Shown piece after piece: positions 10,550 through 21,708 of a DNA stretch of 64,000 nt. Source of the DNA: Candidatus Latescibacterota bacterium (GTDB lineage Bacteria; Latescibacterota; UBA2968; UBA8231); the NCBI GenBank assembly GCA_965217585.1, contig OZ244561.1, positions 4,352,001 to 4,416,000 of the forward strand. The letters are read 5' to 3'. Each line of letters starts with the position of its first letter. The first letter of the stretch is position 1. The translations under genes and the position numbers were made by a program. Below the pieces are notes generated by a model. The model was not told the origin of the DNA. It did no database searches and saw only the letters and a list, made by a program, of their open reading frames with translations.

Positions 10550-12634
10550 TCACACCTCGACGTTCAACGCGCTGACCACCCCCGGCACGCCCATGTTATT
10601 CAAGATGCGCATCTCTAGCACGTTTAGTCCTTCGTGCAGTGACCAGTCGATCTGGGCCGGCCGCTCCTGCCATGGTTGCCCATCGACCCGCACCTCGAAG
10701 GACATAAAACCGGGAGTTTCCGTCTCCAGATAAATGCGTAGCTGGCGTTCGTCAATGGCCTCGGCGACGTACCGCGTTTGATTGAGCGTCGGGTAGAAAT
10801 CCGCCCGCCGGTTCGCGTGCCGGGTAAAGTGGGGTAGCGGCGGGACTTGGTCGTCGGCCCAGTTGAGGTAGCCGTTCCACGACCACACTTCGGTACCTTG
10901 GCTCACCGGCAGGGGGCGGGGCCGGCTGAACACGTCAAAACGCGGCACGATGCGGAAGTGGCAAAACGAGCGAAACAAAAAGAGCGTGCCCTCCGCGGTG
11001 GAATGTTCGTAGTCTCCATCGTAGAAGGCGATGGGGAGGTCTTTTACCACCGCCTCCAAATCTTGGTGAAAAAGATAAGGGCGATCCCAGCGTTCGGGAC
11101 GCTCTAGCCGTGCGGCCAGCACTTGATGGATTTCTTGGGTGTCCAGTGGGACTAGGGTTTGGGGGTCGTACCAGTAATAATCGCGGGTGGCATCTAGGTG
11201 CATCCACTTGCCGTAGTCATTGGACCAGACCTCGGCGATTTCGTGGCCGGTCATGCCCTCGCTGTGGAAATTGAGGTGGCGGGCGGGGATGCCCATACTC
11301 AAACAGGCGGCCACCAGTACCACATTGGGATAAAGGCACATGCAGTCGCGCCGCCGCTGTTCGTACTGGTTCATCCGAATGGCGCCGTTCTCGTCCCGTG
11401 CAAGGCAAACCCAGGCGAGCGGGTCCCACGGGAAGTGGCTGCAGGCACTCAGGGGGATGTGATACGCCCAGCGGTGCAGCCGCGCGATTTTATCGAATTC
11501 GGTCTGTGCCCCGGCCACCACCGCGTCCAGTTCGCATTGCTGGCGCAAATCCCGCAGTATCTGGGCGCGATAGTCCTCGTACGGCATGGGGATAGACGGC
11601 CGTAGAATCTGGGCGTTTTTAGCGCTGACTAAGCGGCCTGCGAACCGCTCTCCTTGCTGGAAGTCGGCGTTGATCTGGACACTTTTGAGCACAGGGGATT
11701 GCAACCCGTCCGCGGTTGAAAAATCGACTTTCCACTGGATGTAACGGCCTCTGACTGTTGCCGGTTGTCCGTCATAGACCTGCCAGTCGCTCCAGTGGTC
11801 TGCATCCCAGACGGGACAAGAGCCGGTTCGCAAGGCCCAATCGAGCTGGGTGCCCTCGGGGATATCCGCTTCCCAGTCTAGGGTTATGCGCTGCAGACTC
11901 CGCTCGCTTTTAACCGCGTCGTCCGACTCGCCAGCCGCGTCGATCACCTTAGAGACCAGTTCGCCGTTGCGGCGAAAGCGGTCAAGGACCAGACGCAGCA
12001 CGTATTCCCCGCGTTCTGCTTCCCAGGTTTGGCCGCCGTCGATACTATGGCGGCTGGCGTAGGGAAGCGTTACGGGATCGTCCATGCCCTTGTAAAAATC
12101 GCGGTAGTCCGCCACCATTAGCTGCCAGCCAGCCAAGCCGTCCACAGCGGCCACTTCAATCTCATTGTCGCCTAGCTGTAGGGTCTCTGGCGGAATATCC
12201 ACATAGTACCAGCGGCTCCAACTCCACTGCCTCACCATCAACTCCCAGTACTGGTTGGCTTGGGGCGCGGCTTGGCGCGAGGGGGAGCGCAGGACTGGTT
12301 GTCCGTTTATTGTAAACTGGAGGGTGGACTGGTTGTCTTGGCGTTCCTTGGCTATAAACGCTAGCTGGGTTCCAAGTACAGCCGGATCATCCAAATGCAG
12401 GGTTTTGCGGAACACCGTCTGGCCGCTCACCTCGACAAAAGGCTCGATGTCTTCTTGGTCTGAACGGCCCGAGCCGGGCGCGTCGTTCTCGACCACTTGG
12501 CCGCGAAACAGGCGGATGCCCTCGTCCTGCTGACCCATCCACAGATCCGTCGTCTTGGCGGCGCTAGTATAGACCTCTTCGGCTTTCATAAAAATGGTAA
12601 CGCGTTGCTCTTTGAGGGCAGTAGAGACAGTCAT
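10550..12634 (-). CDS. Transglutaminase-like domain protein
   Basis: CMC...ACLSMGIPAR...GHEIAEVWSNDYGKWMHLDAT gives a Cys-His-Asp triad. Confidence 0.8.
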   Translation of the reverse strand: MTVSTALKEQRVTIFMKAEEVYTSAAKTTDLWMGQQDEGIRLFRGQVVENDAPGSGRSDQEDIEPFVEVSGQTVFRKTLHLDDPAVLGTQLAFIAKERQDNQSTLQFTINGQPVLRSPSRQAAPQANQYWELMVRQWSWSRWYYVDIPPETLQLGDNEIEVAAVDGLAGWQLMVADYRDFYKGMDDPVTLPYASRHSIDGGQTWEAERGEYVLRLVLDRFRRNGELVSKVIDAAGESDDAVKSERSLQRITLDWEADIPEGTQLDWALRTGSCPVWDADHWSDWQVYDGQPATVRGRYIQWKVDFSTADGLQSPVLKSVQINADFQQGERFAGRLVSAKNAQILRPSIPMPYEDYRAQILRDLRQQCELDAVVAGAQTEFDKIARLHRWAYHIPLSACSHFPWDPLAWVCLARDENGAIRMNQYEQRRRDCMCLYPNVVLVAACLSMGIPARHLNFHSEGMTGHEIAEVWSNDYGKWMHLDATRDYYWYDPQTLVPLDTQEIHQVLAARLERPERWDRPYLFHQDLEAVVKDLPIAFYDGDYEHSTAEGTLFLFRSFCHFRIVPRFDVFSRPRPLPVSQGTEVWSWNGYLNWADDQVPPLPHFTRHANRRADFYPTLNQTRYVAEAIDERQLRIYLETETPGFMSFEVRVDGQPWQERPAQIDWSLHEGLNVLEMRILNNMGVPGVVSALNVEV

Positions 12635-12779
12635 TGCACTTCCTTCCGTCAATGGGGCTTACTGGCAAATGCAGAGAACGATCTTATAGTATATATGGCC
12701 TGACAGCACAAGAGGTTTTTCATCCTTTGCGTAGGTTGTGCATCCGGTCCATCCTTGGCGCAAGCATTGGAGTTAGCGG

Positions 12780-14741
12780 ATGCAAGTTCTAAGAAAGAAG
12801 AATCAGGACGCGGCTTCTGTAGCGGGTGTTACGGTGCGCTCTCTGCTGGTCGGGTCTCTGATGACTCTGGGCATCAGCACCATAGCGCCCTACAGCAACA
12901 TGATCCTGCGCGGCTCGAACTTTGCCCTCGATTTCAGTACGGCCGGCGCTATTTTTTTGTTTTTTCTCTTTGTTTTTTTTGTTCAAACCGGGCTCAAGGC
13001 CCTGCATCCCCGCTTGAGCCTGCGGCGTCAGGAACTGGTGGTCATCTATATCATGGCCATCGTGGGCTGCGCCATTCCCAGTATGGGGCTCACCGAATAC
13101 CTCCTGCCCATCATTAGCGGCGTGCTCTACTACGCCACTCCGGAGAACGAGTGGGCAGAGCTGATTCATCCGTTTGTTCGCCCTTGGCTCGTACCGCAAG
13201 ACTACGATGCGGCCCGGTATTTCTACGAAGGTCTGCCGCAGGGGATGCCCATACCGTGGTCCGCTTGGTCGGTGCCCCTATTAGCTTGGATGCCCCTCAT
13301 CCTGTGCGTGTACGTGGCCATGATTTGCATTGCGGTCATCTTGCGGCGTCCCTGGATCCAGGACGAACGCCTGAATTATCCGCTCATTCAGGTACCCATC
13401 GCCATGATTGCCGAGGGCGGGCCAACCGACAGACTCAGCCCATTTTTTAAGAATCCGATCATGTGGGCGGGCTTTGCCATTCCCTTCTTCATCGGCTCCA
13501 TCCGCGCCCTGCACAACTACTACGACTTTGTCCCTGATATCGTTATGGTCACCAGCATCCCGCTTTTCCGCAATACCACCAACCTGCAGATCGCCCTGAG
13601 CTTCCCCATGGTGGGTTTCGCCTTTCTGGTCAATCTCGATATCGCTTTTAGTATCTGGTTTTTTAACCTAGTCGGTCGCGTCCAGGAAGGCACCCTTGGC
13701 ATTCTGGGTGTGGCGAGTACAGAAAAGCTCAATTTCGCCACCATCCCCATCTTCGCCCACCAGGGCATGGGTGCCATGATCGTGCTGGTATTCTTCAGTC
13801 TGTGGATGGCCCGCCGGCATCTGGTGCGGGTTTTCCGCAAGGCGTTCATGGGGCTTCCAGATGTCGATGATTCAGACGAGATGCTCTCCTACCGGACCGC
13901 TGTTTTCGGCCTTATAGCGACGAGCCTTTTCATCGGGGTCTGGCTGGCACTGGCGGGTTTGGCATGGTGGGTGGTGCCCATCTACTTATTCGCCATGTTC
14001 ACGCTGTTCGTCGGCATTACCCGGGTTGTGGCCGAAGGTGGTATTGCCGCCACCCGGGCACCGCTGATCGCCGCGGATTTTGTCACCTCGGGTCTGGGCT
14101 CGGCAGTGCTCGGAGGCCAGACCCTCACGGCGCTAAGTTTCACTTATGTTTGGGCCGCTGACATCCGCACCTTTGTCTTGGCGTCCTGCGCCAATGGCCT
14201 CAAATTGGCCGAAGAGTATTTGAGCGGGAGCAAACGAGCACTTTTTGCCGCCATCATGCTGTCCATCTGCATTAGTCTGGGGGCTTCGATCTGGATCGTA
14301 CTCTATCTGAGCTATACCTACGGGGGTGTCAATCTAGAGCCTTGGTTTTTCATCAGCGGCCCCCAAGTGCCCTTCAAATTTGTGGCGCGCGAGTTCCAGA
14401 ACCTAGACGCCCCCGATCTGGTAGGCTGGATCTCGACCCTAGTCGGCGGCGGGGTCATGGCCCTACTGATGATCGCGCGTCAGCACCTGTTCTGGTGGCC
14501 CCTGCACCCGCTCGGGTATGTCGTCAGCGCCAGCACCTACCTGACCAACTACATTTCTTTTAGTGTCTTTTTGGCCTGGCTAATCAAAGCCATCATTCTC
14601 AAGTACGGAGGCCCGGCCTATTTTCGGCAGGCCTGTCCTTTCTTTTTGGGATTGATTCTGGGCCAGTTTTCCGTGGCAGGGGCGTGGCTGGTTATCGACT
14701 ACTTTACGGGCATGACCGGCAATTCCATTTACTGGGTATAG
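12780..14741 (+). CDS. DUF6785/DUF6784-type polytopic membrane protein (OPT-like putative transporter)
   Basis: YYATPENEW, W..ERL.YPL, WWPLHPLGY and PFFLGL.LG motifs; many TM segments; paralog of 23954..25891. Confidence 0.8.
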   Translation: MQVLRKKNQDAASVAGVTVRSLLVGSLMTLGISTIAPYSNMILRGSNFALDFSTAGAIFLFFLFVFFVQTGLKALHPRLSLRRQELVVIYIMAIVGCAIPSMGLTEYLLPIISGVLYYATPENEWAELIHPFVRPWLVPQDYDAARYFYEGLPQGMPIPWSAWSVPLLAWMPLILCVYVAMICIAVILRRPWIQDERLNYPLIQVPIAMIAEGGPTDRLSPFFKNPIMWAGFAIPFFIGSIRALHNYYDFVPDIVMVTSIPLFRNTTNLQIALSFPMVGFAFLVNLDIAFSIWFFNLVGRVQEGTLGILGVASTEKLNFATIPIFAHQGMGAMIVLVFFSLWMARRHLVRVFRKAFMGLPDVDDSDEMLSYRTAVFGLIATSLFIGVWLALAGLAWWVVPIYLFAMFTLFVGITRVVAEGGIAATRAPLIAADFVTSGLGSAVLGGQTLTALSFTYVWAADIRTFVLASCANGLKLAEEYLSGSKRALFAAIMLSICISLGASIWIVLYLSYTYGGVNLEPWFFISGPQVPFKFVAREFQNLDAPDLVGWISTLVGGGVMALLMIARQHLFWWPLHPLGYVVSASTYLTNYISFSVFLAWLIKAIILKYGGPAYFRQACPFFLGLILGQFSVAGAWLVIDYFTGMTGNSIYWV

Positions 14742-14747
14742 ACTCCC

Positions 14748-15473
14748 TCAGCCTTCGTCGTATCCCTTTACGGGCCGTGCCCAGATATTGCGATAGCGCA
14801 CTAAATCGCCGTGATCTTGCAGGCGAAGTGGGCCAGCGGGGGGATGCGCTTCGTAGCGATAGACGCCGCGGTGGCCCGTGGGGCCTAAGACCTCGACGTG
14901 GTGGTGGACCAAGACGCCGTTGTGGACCAAGGTGAGGTAGGCCGGGCTGATCAGCTTGGTGCCGTTGAAGCGCGGGGCCGTCCAGAAGATATCGTAGGTC
15001 TGCCATTCGCCGGGTGGACGGCAGGCGTTGACCAGCGGCGGGTACTCGCCATAGACGGCGGCCGTGGTGCCGTCGGCATACGTGGGGTTGTCGTACCCGT
15101 CGAGGACTTGGATCTCGTATAGGCTCATGAGGAAGACGCCGCTGTTGCCGCGCCCTTGGCTCTCGCCTTTGACCTCGCTAGGGCAGGCGAATTCGAGATG
15201 ATACTGGACGTCGCCAAAGCACGCCGTGCTCACGATGTCGCCGGAACGGGGCACGACCTCCATGTAGCCGTCGGCCACCTGCCAAGGGGCGTCGCCGCCG
15301 TTTGCGCTCTGCCAGCCGTCGAGGCTGGTCCCGTCGAAGAGGACGACCCCGTCTGAGGGGGGGCTGTTGTCGCTGCCGGGGGTCACGACCGCCGGGGCGG
15401 GCCGCTGGTGATCATGGACGCAATAGGGTGAGTTGGGTAGCAGGGGGGTATCGTCGTACCCTGATTTGCCCAT
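14748..15473 (-). CDS. DUF1080 / 3-keto-disaccharide hydrolase family protein
   Basis: VLFDG.SL..W, GNSGVF...YEIQVLD, WQTYDI and LQDHGD.VRYRNIW motifs. Confidence 0.9.
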   Translation of the reverse strand: MGKSGYDDTPLLPNSPYCVHDHQRPAPAVVTPGSDNSPPSDGVVLFDGTSLDGWQSANGGDAPWQVADGYMEVVPRSGDIVSTACFGDVQYHLEFACPSEVKGESQGRGNSGVFLMSLYEIQVLDGYDNPTYADGTTAAVYGEYPPLVNACRPPGEWQTYDIFWTAPRFNGTKLISPAYLTLVHNGVLVHHHVEVLGPTGHRGVYRYEAHPPAGPLRLQDHGDLVRYRNIWARPVKGYDEG

Positions 15474-15653
15474 TTGGACGAGCTCCTTGTTGGGGTGAGA
15501 TGGGTTGGGATATAAAGGGAGCAGGACGCGCTCGCGTCAATAGCCCGTCCTTGGGCATCGCATTATATTGAATGCCATTCAACTCAAGGACGTGGCTGTG
15601 CGCCCGTCGCTGTCATCTACTAACTCTTTCACACCGAGCACCGGAGACCGTTC

Positions 15654-17066
15654 ATGCCTCGTCCCAACATCCTCTTCATTATGACCGACGACCACGCGGC
15701 CCACGCCATGAGTTGCTATGGCAGCCGCATCAATAGAACGCCCAACCTCGACCGCATTGCCCAAGGCGGCATGCGCTTTGACAACTGCTTTTGCACCAAT
15801 TCGATTTGCGGCCCCTCCCGCGCCACCATCCTCACCGGCACGTACAATCACGTCAACGGCATGACCACCTTGAACTCGCGCCACGACAATCGCCAGCTCA
15901 ACTTCGCCAAGCTCTTGCAGGGCGTTGGCTACCAGACCGCCATCGTCGGCAAATGGCACCTAGGCCAGGGGCCGGCCCACTGGCCTACTGGCTTCGACTA
16001 CTACAACATCCTCCAGGGCCAAGGCCCCTATTTCGACCCGGAAATGGTGTGCAACGGCGACAAGGTCCAATACCAAGGCTACACCACCGATATTATCACC
16101 GACCTGTCGCTCGACTGGCTCCAGGCGCGCGACAAGGAGCGACCCTTTTGTCTGATGTACCACCACAAGGCCCCCCACCGCCCTTGGGAGCCGGACGAAA
16201 AACACGCCCATCTGTACGAAGACGAGGATATCCCCGAGCCGGAGACCTTTGACGACGACTACCAGAATCGGGCCGCCGCCGCCGGGGCCGCCAAAATGCG
16301 GATTGATCGCGATCTCAACGCCACGGATCTCAAGCGGCCCGTACCCGCAGGACTGACCCCGGAAGAGGAAAAGAGGTGGAAGTACCAGCGCTATATAAAG
16401 GACTATCTACGCTGCGTCGCCTCGGTTGATGACAACGTCGGCCGCGTGCTCGACTATCTCGACGCCGAGGGCATTGTCGACGACACCCTCGTCGTCTATA
16501 CCTCGGACCAGGGGTTTTTCCTCGGCGATCACGGCTGGTACGACAAGCGCTTCATGTACGAGGAATCGCTGCGCATGCCCTTCCTCATCCGCTATCCCCG
16601 CGCCATTGCCGCCGGCAGCGTCAGCGCCGACATGATCCTCAACGTTGACTTTGCCCCCACTTTCCTAGACTACGCCGGCGTCGCCATTCCCGACTCATTC
16701 CAGGGCCGCACCCTGCGCCCCGTGCTGGAGGGACGAACCCCGGACGACTGGCAGACCGCGATGTACTATCGCTACTGGATGCACTTGGCGCACCACCACG
16801 TGTACGCCCACTACGGGGTCCGCACCCTGCGCTACAAGCTCATCTACTACTATGCCGACGCCCTAGCCCAGCCCGGTGCGCTAGACGAGAGCAAAGAGCC
16901 AGAATGGGAATTGTTCGATCTGGAAAAAGATCCATGCGAACTGGTCAATGTGTACCACGACTCGGCCTACGCCGAAGTGGTACGCCAATTGCGCGGGGAA
17001 TTGCGCCGCCTACAGGATAAAGTGGGCGATCAGCCCTATGCGGAGGAACGTCCGCTGCCGAATTGA
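15654..17066 (+). CDS. Formylglycine-dependent sulfatase
   Basis: PNILFIMTDDH, CGPSRA (CxPxR), GKWHLG and SDQGFFLGDHGWYDKRFMYEES motifs. Confidence 0.95.
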   Translation: MPRPNILFIMTDDHAAHAMSCYGSRINRTPNLDRIAQGGMRFDNCFCTNSICGPSRATILTGTYNHVNGMTTLNSRHDNRQLNFAKLLQGVGYQTAIVGKWHLGQGPAHWPTGFDYYNILQGQGPYFDPEMVCNGDKVQYQGYTTDIITDLSLDWLQARDKERPFCLMYHHKAPHRPWEPDEKHAHLYEDEDIPEPETFDDDYQNRAAAAGAAKMRIDRDLNATDLKRPVPAGLTPEEEKRWKYQRYIKDYLRCVASVDDNVGRVLDYLDAEGIVDDTLVVYTSDQGFFLGDHGWYDKRFMYEESLRMPFLIRYPRAIAAGSVSADMILNVDFAPTFLDYAGVAIPDSFQGRTLRPVLEGRTPDDWQTAMYYRYWMHLAHHHVYAHYGVRTLRYKLIYYYADALAQPGALDESKEPEWELFDLEKDPCELVNVYHDSAYAEVVRQLRGELRRLQDKVGDQPYAEERPLPN

Positions 17067-17127
17067 GCTAGGTGAAGCCCAAAGCGGTACACTCGCAGGT
17101 TTTAAGACAACTGCTGGGAGAAAACTC

Positions 17128-18948
17128 ATGCCCGAATCATATCGCGGTTCACATCAGCAGTACGACGCGATTTGCCAATCCAACGCGATGATTCCGATGC
17201 GCGATGGCGTATGCTTGGCAACCGACATCTACTTTCCTACGCTGGGCGATCAGCCGGCGGCGGGAAAATTTCCGGTAATTTTGGAACGCACCCCCTACGA
17301 CAAGGCGGCCGCGGGAAATGTGACGAATGGTGCGTACTACGCTCGGCGCGGCTACGTCTGTGCGATTCAGGATGTGCGCGGCCGCTTTGCCAGCGACGGC
17401 GAGTGGTATCCATTTGCCAAAGAAGCCCCCGATGGCTACGACACGGTGGAATGGCTCGCCGCGCAAGAGTGGAGTGATGGACAAATCGGCACGATGGGTG
17501 GGTCGTATTGCGGCAGCGATCAGTCGGCGCTGGCAACGCTCAATCCGCCGCATCTGGCGACGATGATTGTCGCTGTTGGCGCGTCGAATTACTACCACTG
17601 TTCGATGCGCCAAAACGGTGCGCTCGAACAACGGTTCATGATCTATGCCTTCCGCATGGCGACCACCAGCAAGGAAGCGCTTGCCGATGTTAACATCAAA
17701 GCCGCGGTTGACAGGGCGTTTGCCAATGTGGACGAGTGGGTGTCGCGTGCTCCGCTCAAGAAAGGCACATCGCCGTTGCGGATGCTGCCGAATTACGAGC
17801 AATGGGTGCTCGATCTATTCACGCACGGAGAATACGACGATTACTGGAAGCAACGCGGGTACGCCATCTCTCAGTATTACGAGGAGCACGCCGATGTGCC
17901 GACGCTCTACCTCGGTGGATGGTATGACTCGTATGCGCGGGCGACCTGCGAGAATTTTACGGCACTCAGCAAAATGAAAAAGTCGCGGCAGGTGCTGTTG
18001 ATGGGGCCGTGGACGCACGGTGGCTGGAGTGTGTCGAATGCCGGCGATGTCGATTTCGGCAATCACTCCTTTATTAATTACAATGACCTGCGGCTGGCGT
18101 GGTTCGACCACTTCCTCAAGGGGCTGCACACAGAAGTCGCTGCCTGGTCGCCGGTCAAGATTTTCGCAATGGGCACTGGCGAGGGCACAGCCAACTATCA
18201 GGGACGCCTCCATCACGGCGGCCATTGGCGCGACGAGCAGGACTTTCCCCTGCCCGACACCCAGTTCACGCCGTACTATCTGCACGCCGCTGGCGAGCTG
18301 TCCACCGCGCTACCAACCACTGGTCACCCAGCAAGCCGCTTTAGCTTTGATCCGCGCGATCCCGTTCCAACTATTGGCGGTGGAATCTCCGCTGCGGACC
18401 CCATCATGGGTGCTGGTGCGTTTGACCAGCTAGGGGACTCTAGGTTCTTTGGCTGCAAAGACACCCTACCTCTCAATGCCCGCAGCGATGTCCTGACCTT
18501 CCAGACCGATCCGTTAGAGAACGATGTGGAAGTCACGGGGCCAATTACGGTCAAACTCCACGCCTCATCATCGGCCCGCGATACTGACTTCACAGCCAAA
18601 CTGATCGACGTTTGTCCATTGAGCGATGACTATCCCGATGGGCTTGCTATCAACCTGACAGACTCGATCATTCGCGCCCGCTACCGAAATAGTTGGGATG
18701 CTCCAGAATTATTGGAACCGGGGAAGGTTTACGAGTTCGTCTTTCAACTGTATCCAACGTCCAACGTCTTCAAGAAGGGACATCGGATTCGCTTAGACAT
18801 TTCCAGCAGCAACTGGCCGCGCTTTGACGTGAATCCGAACACGGGCGGCGATTTGGGCTTTGAGCGGCGGTTTGAGATTGCAGAGCAGACGATTTATCAC
18901 GAGCCCGAACACCCGTCGCATGTGGTTTTACCTATTCTTGAGCGCTAA
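17128..18948 (+). CDS. CocE/NonD family serine hydrolase
   Basis: IPMRDGV.LATD, RTPYDK, QDVRGR, GGSY nucleophile elbow, GWYD, GPWTH and PRFDVNPNTG motifs. Confidence 0.93.
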   Translation: MPESYRGSHQQYDAICQSNAMIPMRDGVCLATDIYFPTLGDQPAAGKFPVILERTPYDKAAAGNVTNGAYYARRGYVCAIQDVRGRFASDGEWYPFAKEAPDGYDTVEWLAAQEWSDGQIGTMGGSYCGSDQSALATLNPPHLATMIVAVGASNYYHCSMRQNGALEQRFMIYAFRMATTSKEALADVNIKAAVDRAFANVDEWVSRAPLKKGTSPLRMLPNYEQWVLDLFTHGEYDDYWKQRGYAISQYYEEHADVPTLYLGGWYDSYARATCENFTALSKMKKSRQVLLMGPWTHGGWSVSNAGDVDFGNHSFINYNDLRLAWFDHFLKGLHTEVAAWSPVKIFAMGTGEGTANYQGRLHHGGHWRDEQDFPLPDTQFTPYYLHAAGELSTALPTTGHPASRFSFDPRDPVPTIGGGISAADPIMGAGAFDQLGDSRFFGCKDTLPLNARSDVLTFQTDPLENDVEVTGPITVKLHASSSARDTDFTAKLIDVCPLSDDYPDGLAINLTDSIIRARYRNSWDAPELLEPGKVYEFVFQLYPTSNVFKKGHRIRLDISSSNWPRFDVNPNTGGDLGFERRFEIAEQTIYHEPEHPSHVVLPILER

Positions 18949-18984
18949 GCGAGCCATCAAACGTACAGGTGAAAAATACGCCGC

Positions 18985-19992
18985 TCACAAACGCATTCCC
19001 TGCTCTGTGAACCAATCGAAGGTGTCGCGGATCGACTCTGCAAGTGGCCGAGATTCGTATCCCAATAGTTCCCTCGCTGAGGATTGATCAACGGATACCG
19101 GGCAGTCGCGCAAGAGTTTGAGCGAGTTTCGGGAGTAAAGAGGCGGTTGGGTTCGCCTCGCGGCATATTTAATCAAGGGCAAACCTGCCCGAGCCAGAGA
19201 ATAGGGTATGACAGGGCGCATCACGCTATGTCCCAAGACCTGAGAACACAGACGCGCCAGTTGAATGGTCCTTGCGTATCGCCCCGCGGTAAAATGAACC
19301 TCGCCCCCGTATTCGTTGGTCCCCACCGCATTCGCTATGGCATGCGCCACGTCGCGCACGTCGCTCCACCAAAATCCCCCGTTGACGAGACACGGAAGCT
19401 GCTTGCGTGCTAGGGCGAGCAACGCGCTGCCGGCGAGGGTCGGCTCGCTGTCGCCGGGACCTATGAGGGCCGAAGGACAGACGATAGATGCATTGATCCA
19501 ACCGCCTCTCGTCGCGTCAAGCACGCTTATATGCGCTTCGGCTTTTGTGGCCTTGTAGGGGATTTTGGAATGCTGATCCAGTTTTGAGCTGACGCTTAGA
19601 GTCGTTCCACGCAGCGGGCTAAATGCGTGGATGGAACTGATGTGTACCAGTTTGCGGACGCTGTTACCAATACATGCTTGAATCACATTGCGGGTGCCCG
19701 TCAGGTTGACTTCATCAGCCAAACCTGTGGGATCAGCGTCAATTGGCACAACCTCGGCGCTGTGGACGACGGCGTGAGTATTTTGGAGTGCTTGGTTCAA
19801 CGACTCAGGATTGCGGACATCGGCAGGCCGCAATTCGACCTGTTCGCTCAGGTCCTCGGGAAGTTGGCGATTGCTACCCTCGGACGTAACAGCGCGCACC
19901 GCATACCCGCAGTGCAACAAGGCGCGGCATATATGGCTGCCGAGAAAGTCCGCAGCACCGGTCACCGCCACTGTGCTATCTGTGTCTTCCAT
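18985..19992 (-). CDS. NAD-dependent epimerase/dehydratase (HpnA/dihydroflavonol-reductase-like SDR)
   Basis: VTGAADFLG (degenerate GxxGxxG), VN..GTRNV, HISS, YKATK and DVRDVA motifs. Confidence 0.85.
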   Translation of the reverse strand: MEDTDSTVAVTGAADFLGSHICRALLHCGYAVRAVTSEGSNRQLPEDLSEQVELRPADVRNPESLNQALQNTHAVVHSAEVVPIDADPTGLADEVNLTGTRNVIQACIGNSVRKLVHISSIHAFSPLRGTTLSVSSKLDQHSKIPYKATKAEAHISVLDATRGGWINASIVCPSALIGPGDSEPTLAGSALLALARKQLPCLVNGGFWWSDVRDVAHAIANAVGTNEYGGEVHFTAGRYARTIQLARLCSQVLGHSVMRPVIPYSLARAGLPLIKYAARRTQPPLYSRNSLKLLRDCPVSVDQSSARELLGYESRPLAESIRDTFDWFTEQGMRL

Positions 19993-20012
19993 GATCGCTA
20001 TTCAGCCTTTCC

Positions 20013-21386
20013 CTACGACCAATTCTTTGGCCAGGAAAAATGCGCGTTGATATCTTCCACGTATTTCATCGGTGCATTGGGTTCAATATTAAACAGCGCG
20101 TCCAGCGTCTCCAACCCATGCTTATAAGATTTTGTCTCTTTGCTTTCGAGCACGCCAAACAGCATCATCGATTTATCGCCCGATAAGACCGCTTCGAGGG
20201 TGCGCTCCATGTCGAGCCAATCGGGATAGATACATTCCAGCATAATTTTCTTGGGCAATGGCGGCACGCGCAAAGGCTGAATGCCTTTCTTATTGACAAT
20301 CGCGGGGACTTCCACCGCCACGTCGTCGGGAATGCCCGGCAGGGCGCCGCAATTGGGCACATTCACCTGAAACTGGCCTTCGACGTTGTTGACCAGCCCA
20401 TTCATAATGGGAATATGCTGTTCGGGCGTCAGCTGATCGCCAAATAGATCAATCGGGCGGATTTTCTCGTCATAGGCCGCCGCTTTCATCTGCTCGTATT
20501 TTTTGGCCTTGCCAGCTAAAACCTCATCGCGTCCAGCCGGCGTGTCTTTGCCGCCATTGGGATCGTACCAGTATTTCCGCGCCTCCAAATCCGTGTGATA
20601 CCACCAGCCGCCCCGCCGAGGCGTATCGCCAATGGGCATCAGGCCATACATCTTGTATTGATGAATCGCCGCGCGCGACATCTGCGTGGGGATTGCCTTG
20701 CCTGCTCGGGTCATCTTCTCCCAATACGCCTCGCTTTCTTCGGCAATCCACTGATCCAGCCTTGGATACATGTCTTCGTTGTCATAGATGAAATCCGTCA
20801 GCCAAATATTGTGGTTCAGCCCCGGTGCCTGCCACGTCACCTCATCGGGATTTAATCCCAGTGTGTGCGCCACACCTGCGTAGCCGTAATGTCCGTGACA
20901 CAACCCACACGCCTTAATCCCCGTCTCCCGCGTCATCAATGTCGTTCCGTCAAAAACCGGATTGCCGGCCAACAAAATCCACGCATCGGGACACAGTTTC
21001 TCCATGTCCTTTGCTACATCTAGTATCAGTTGCAAATTGTGATATTCGGGCATCCCAGTTCTGTCGTAAAAATAGCCGATTTTGGCCGTCATTTTGCGCC
21101 GGCGCTGCATGAAATACTCATTGTGCGTCACCGTTGCCGTATTGATCACAAAATCGGCGTCTTTTAGCGCAGCTTCCTGATCCGTGGTTTTCGCAAACGT
21201 CATATCTGCGCCCAAGTCCTCGGCATAGCGCCGCCCGAGTGCATAAATGACATCGAGCACTTCCTCGTTGATATCCATAAAACAAACGTGGCTGCCGTTT
21301 AGTGCCTTGGTCAGACACAAATCCTTCACTAGGCCGAGCGAAAATACCACGCTGCCCGCGCCAAAAATCGTCACCTTATTGGCCAT
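20013..21386 (-). CDS. Glycoside hydrolase family 4 (alpha-glucosidase/alpha-galactosidase)
   Basis: GAGS, DADFVINTA, NPV, GLCHGH, GLNH and VNVPN.G...DVAVEVP motifs. Confidence 0.92.
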   Translation of the reverse strand: MANKVTIFGAGSVVFSLGLVKDLCLTKALNGSHVCFMDINEEVLDVIYALGRRYAEDLGADMTFAKTTDQEAALKDADFVINTATVTHNEYFMQRRRKMTAKIGYFYDRTGMPEYHNLQLILDVAKDMEKLCPDAWILLAGNPVFDGTTLMTRETGIKACGLCHGHYGYAGVAHTLGLNPDEVTWQAPGLNHNIWLTDFIYDNEDMYPRLDQWIAEESEAYWEKMTRAGKAIPTQMSRAAIHQYKMYGLMPIGDTPRRGGWWYHTDLEARKYWYDPNGGKDTPAGRDEVLAGKAKKYEQMKAAAYDEKIRPIDLFGDQLTPEQHIPIMNGLVNNVEGQFQVNVPNCGALPGIPDDVAVEVPAIVNKKGIQPLRVPPLPKKIMLECIYPDWLDMERTLEAVLSGDKSMMLFGVLESKETKSYKHGLETLDALFNIEPNAPMKYVEDINAHFSWPKNWS

Positions 21387-21418
21387 TGGACCCTCCTCGA
21401 TGAAAAAATTCCAACAGG

Positions 21419-21488
21419 AATCTAAGTTGTAGTGCAGCCTGATTTAGGTTTATTGGTAATCACCCAAGATTAAACTAAGACCTAAATA
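21419..21488. repeat. Dispersed intergenic repeat, copy 1 (similar to 45363-45433)
   Basis: aatctaagttgtagtgcagcct-gatttaggtttattggtaatc aligns to aatctaagttgtggtgtagccccgatttaggtttatttgcaatc; internal IR ATTTAGGT...ACCTAAAT. Confidence 0.75.
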
Positions 21489-21708
21489 CAGAAGCTGCAC
21501 CATACTTATACATAACGTGAGTTCGGGTTATCTGCTTAACATAGGAAGGAAAGGAATCATCCTCATTCTACGCAAATCCACCCTGGGCCTTCACCGGCCT
21601 TTCACACAAAATCCGGTAGTATCAAAAAATTCATCTTGACATCCACATGGATGTCGTTGCATATATACTGCACCTAAACCGTCGGCGGCAGAGGCCAAAA
21701 AGCTCGGT

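Noticed and set aside
16948-17127. Long N-terminal extension of the CocE ORF
   Set aside because: It overlaps the sulfatase 3' end; ATG 17128 has a GGAG SD and precedes the family N-terminus.
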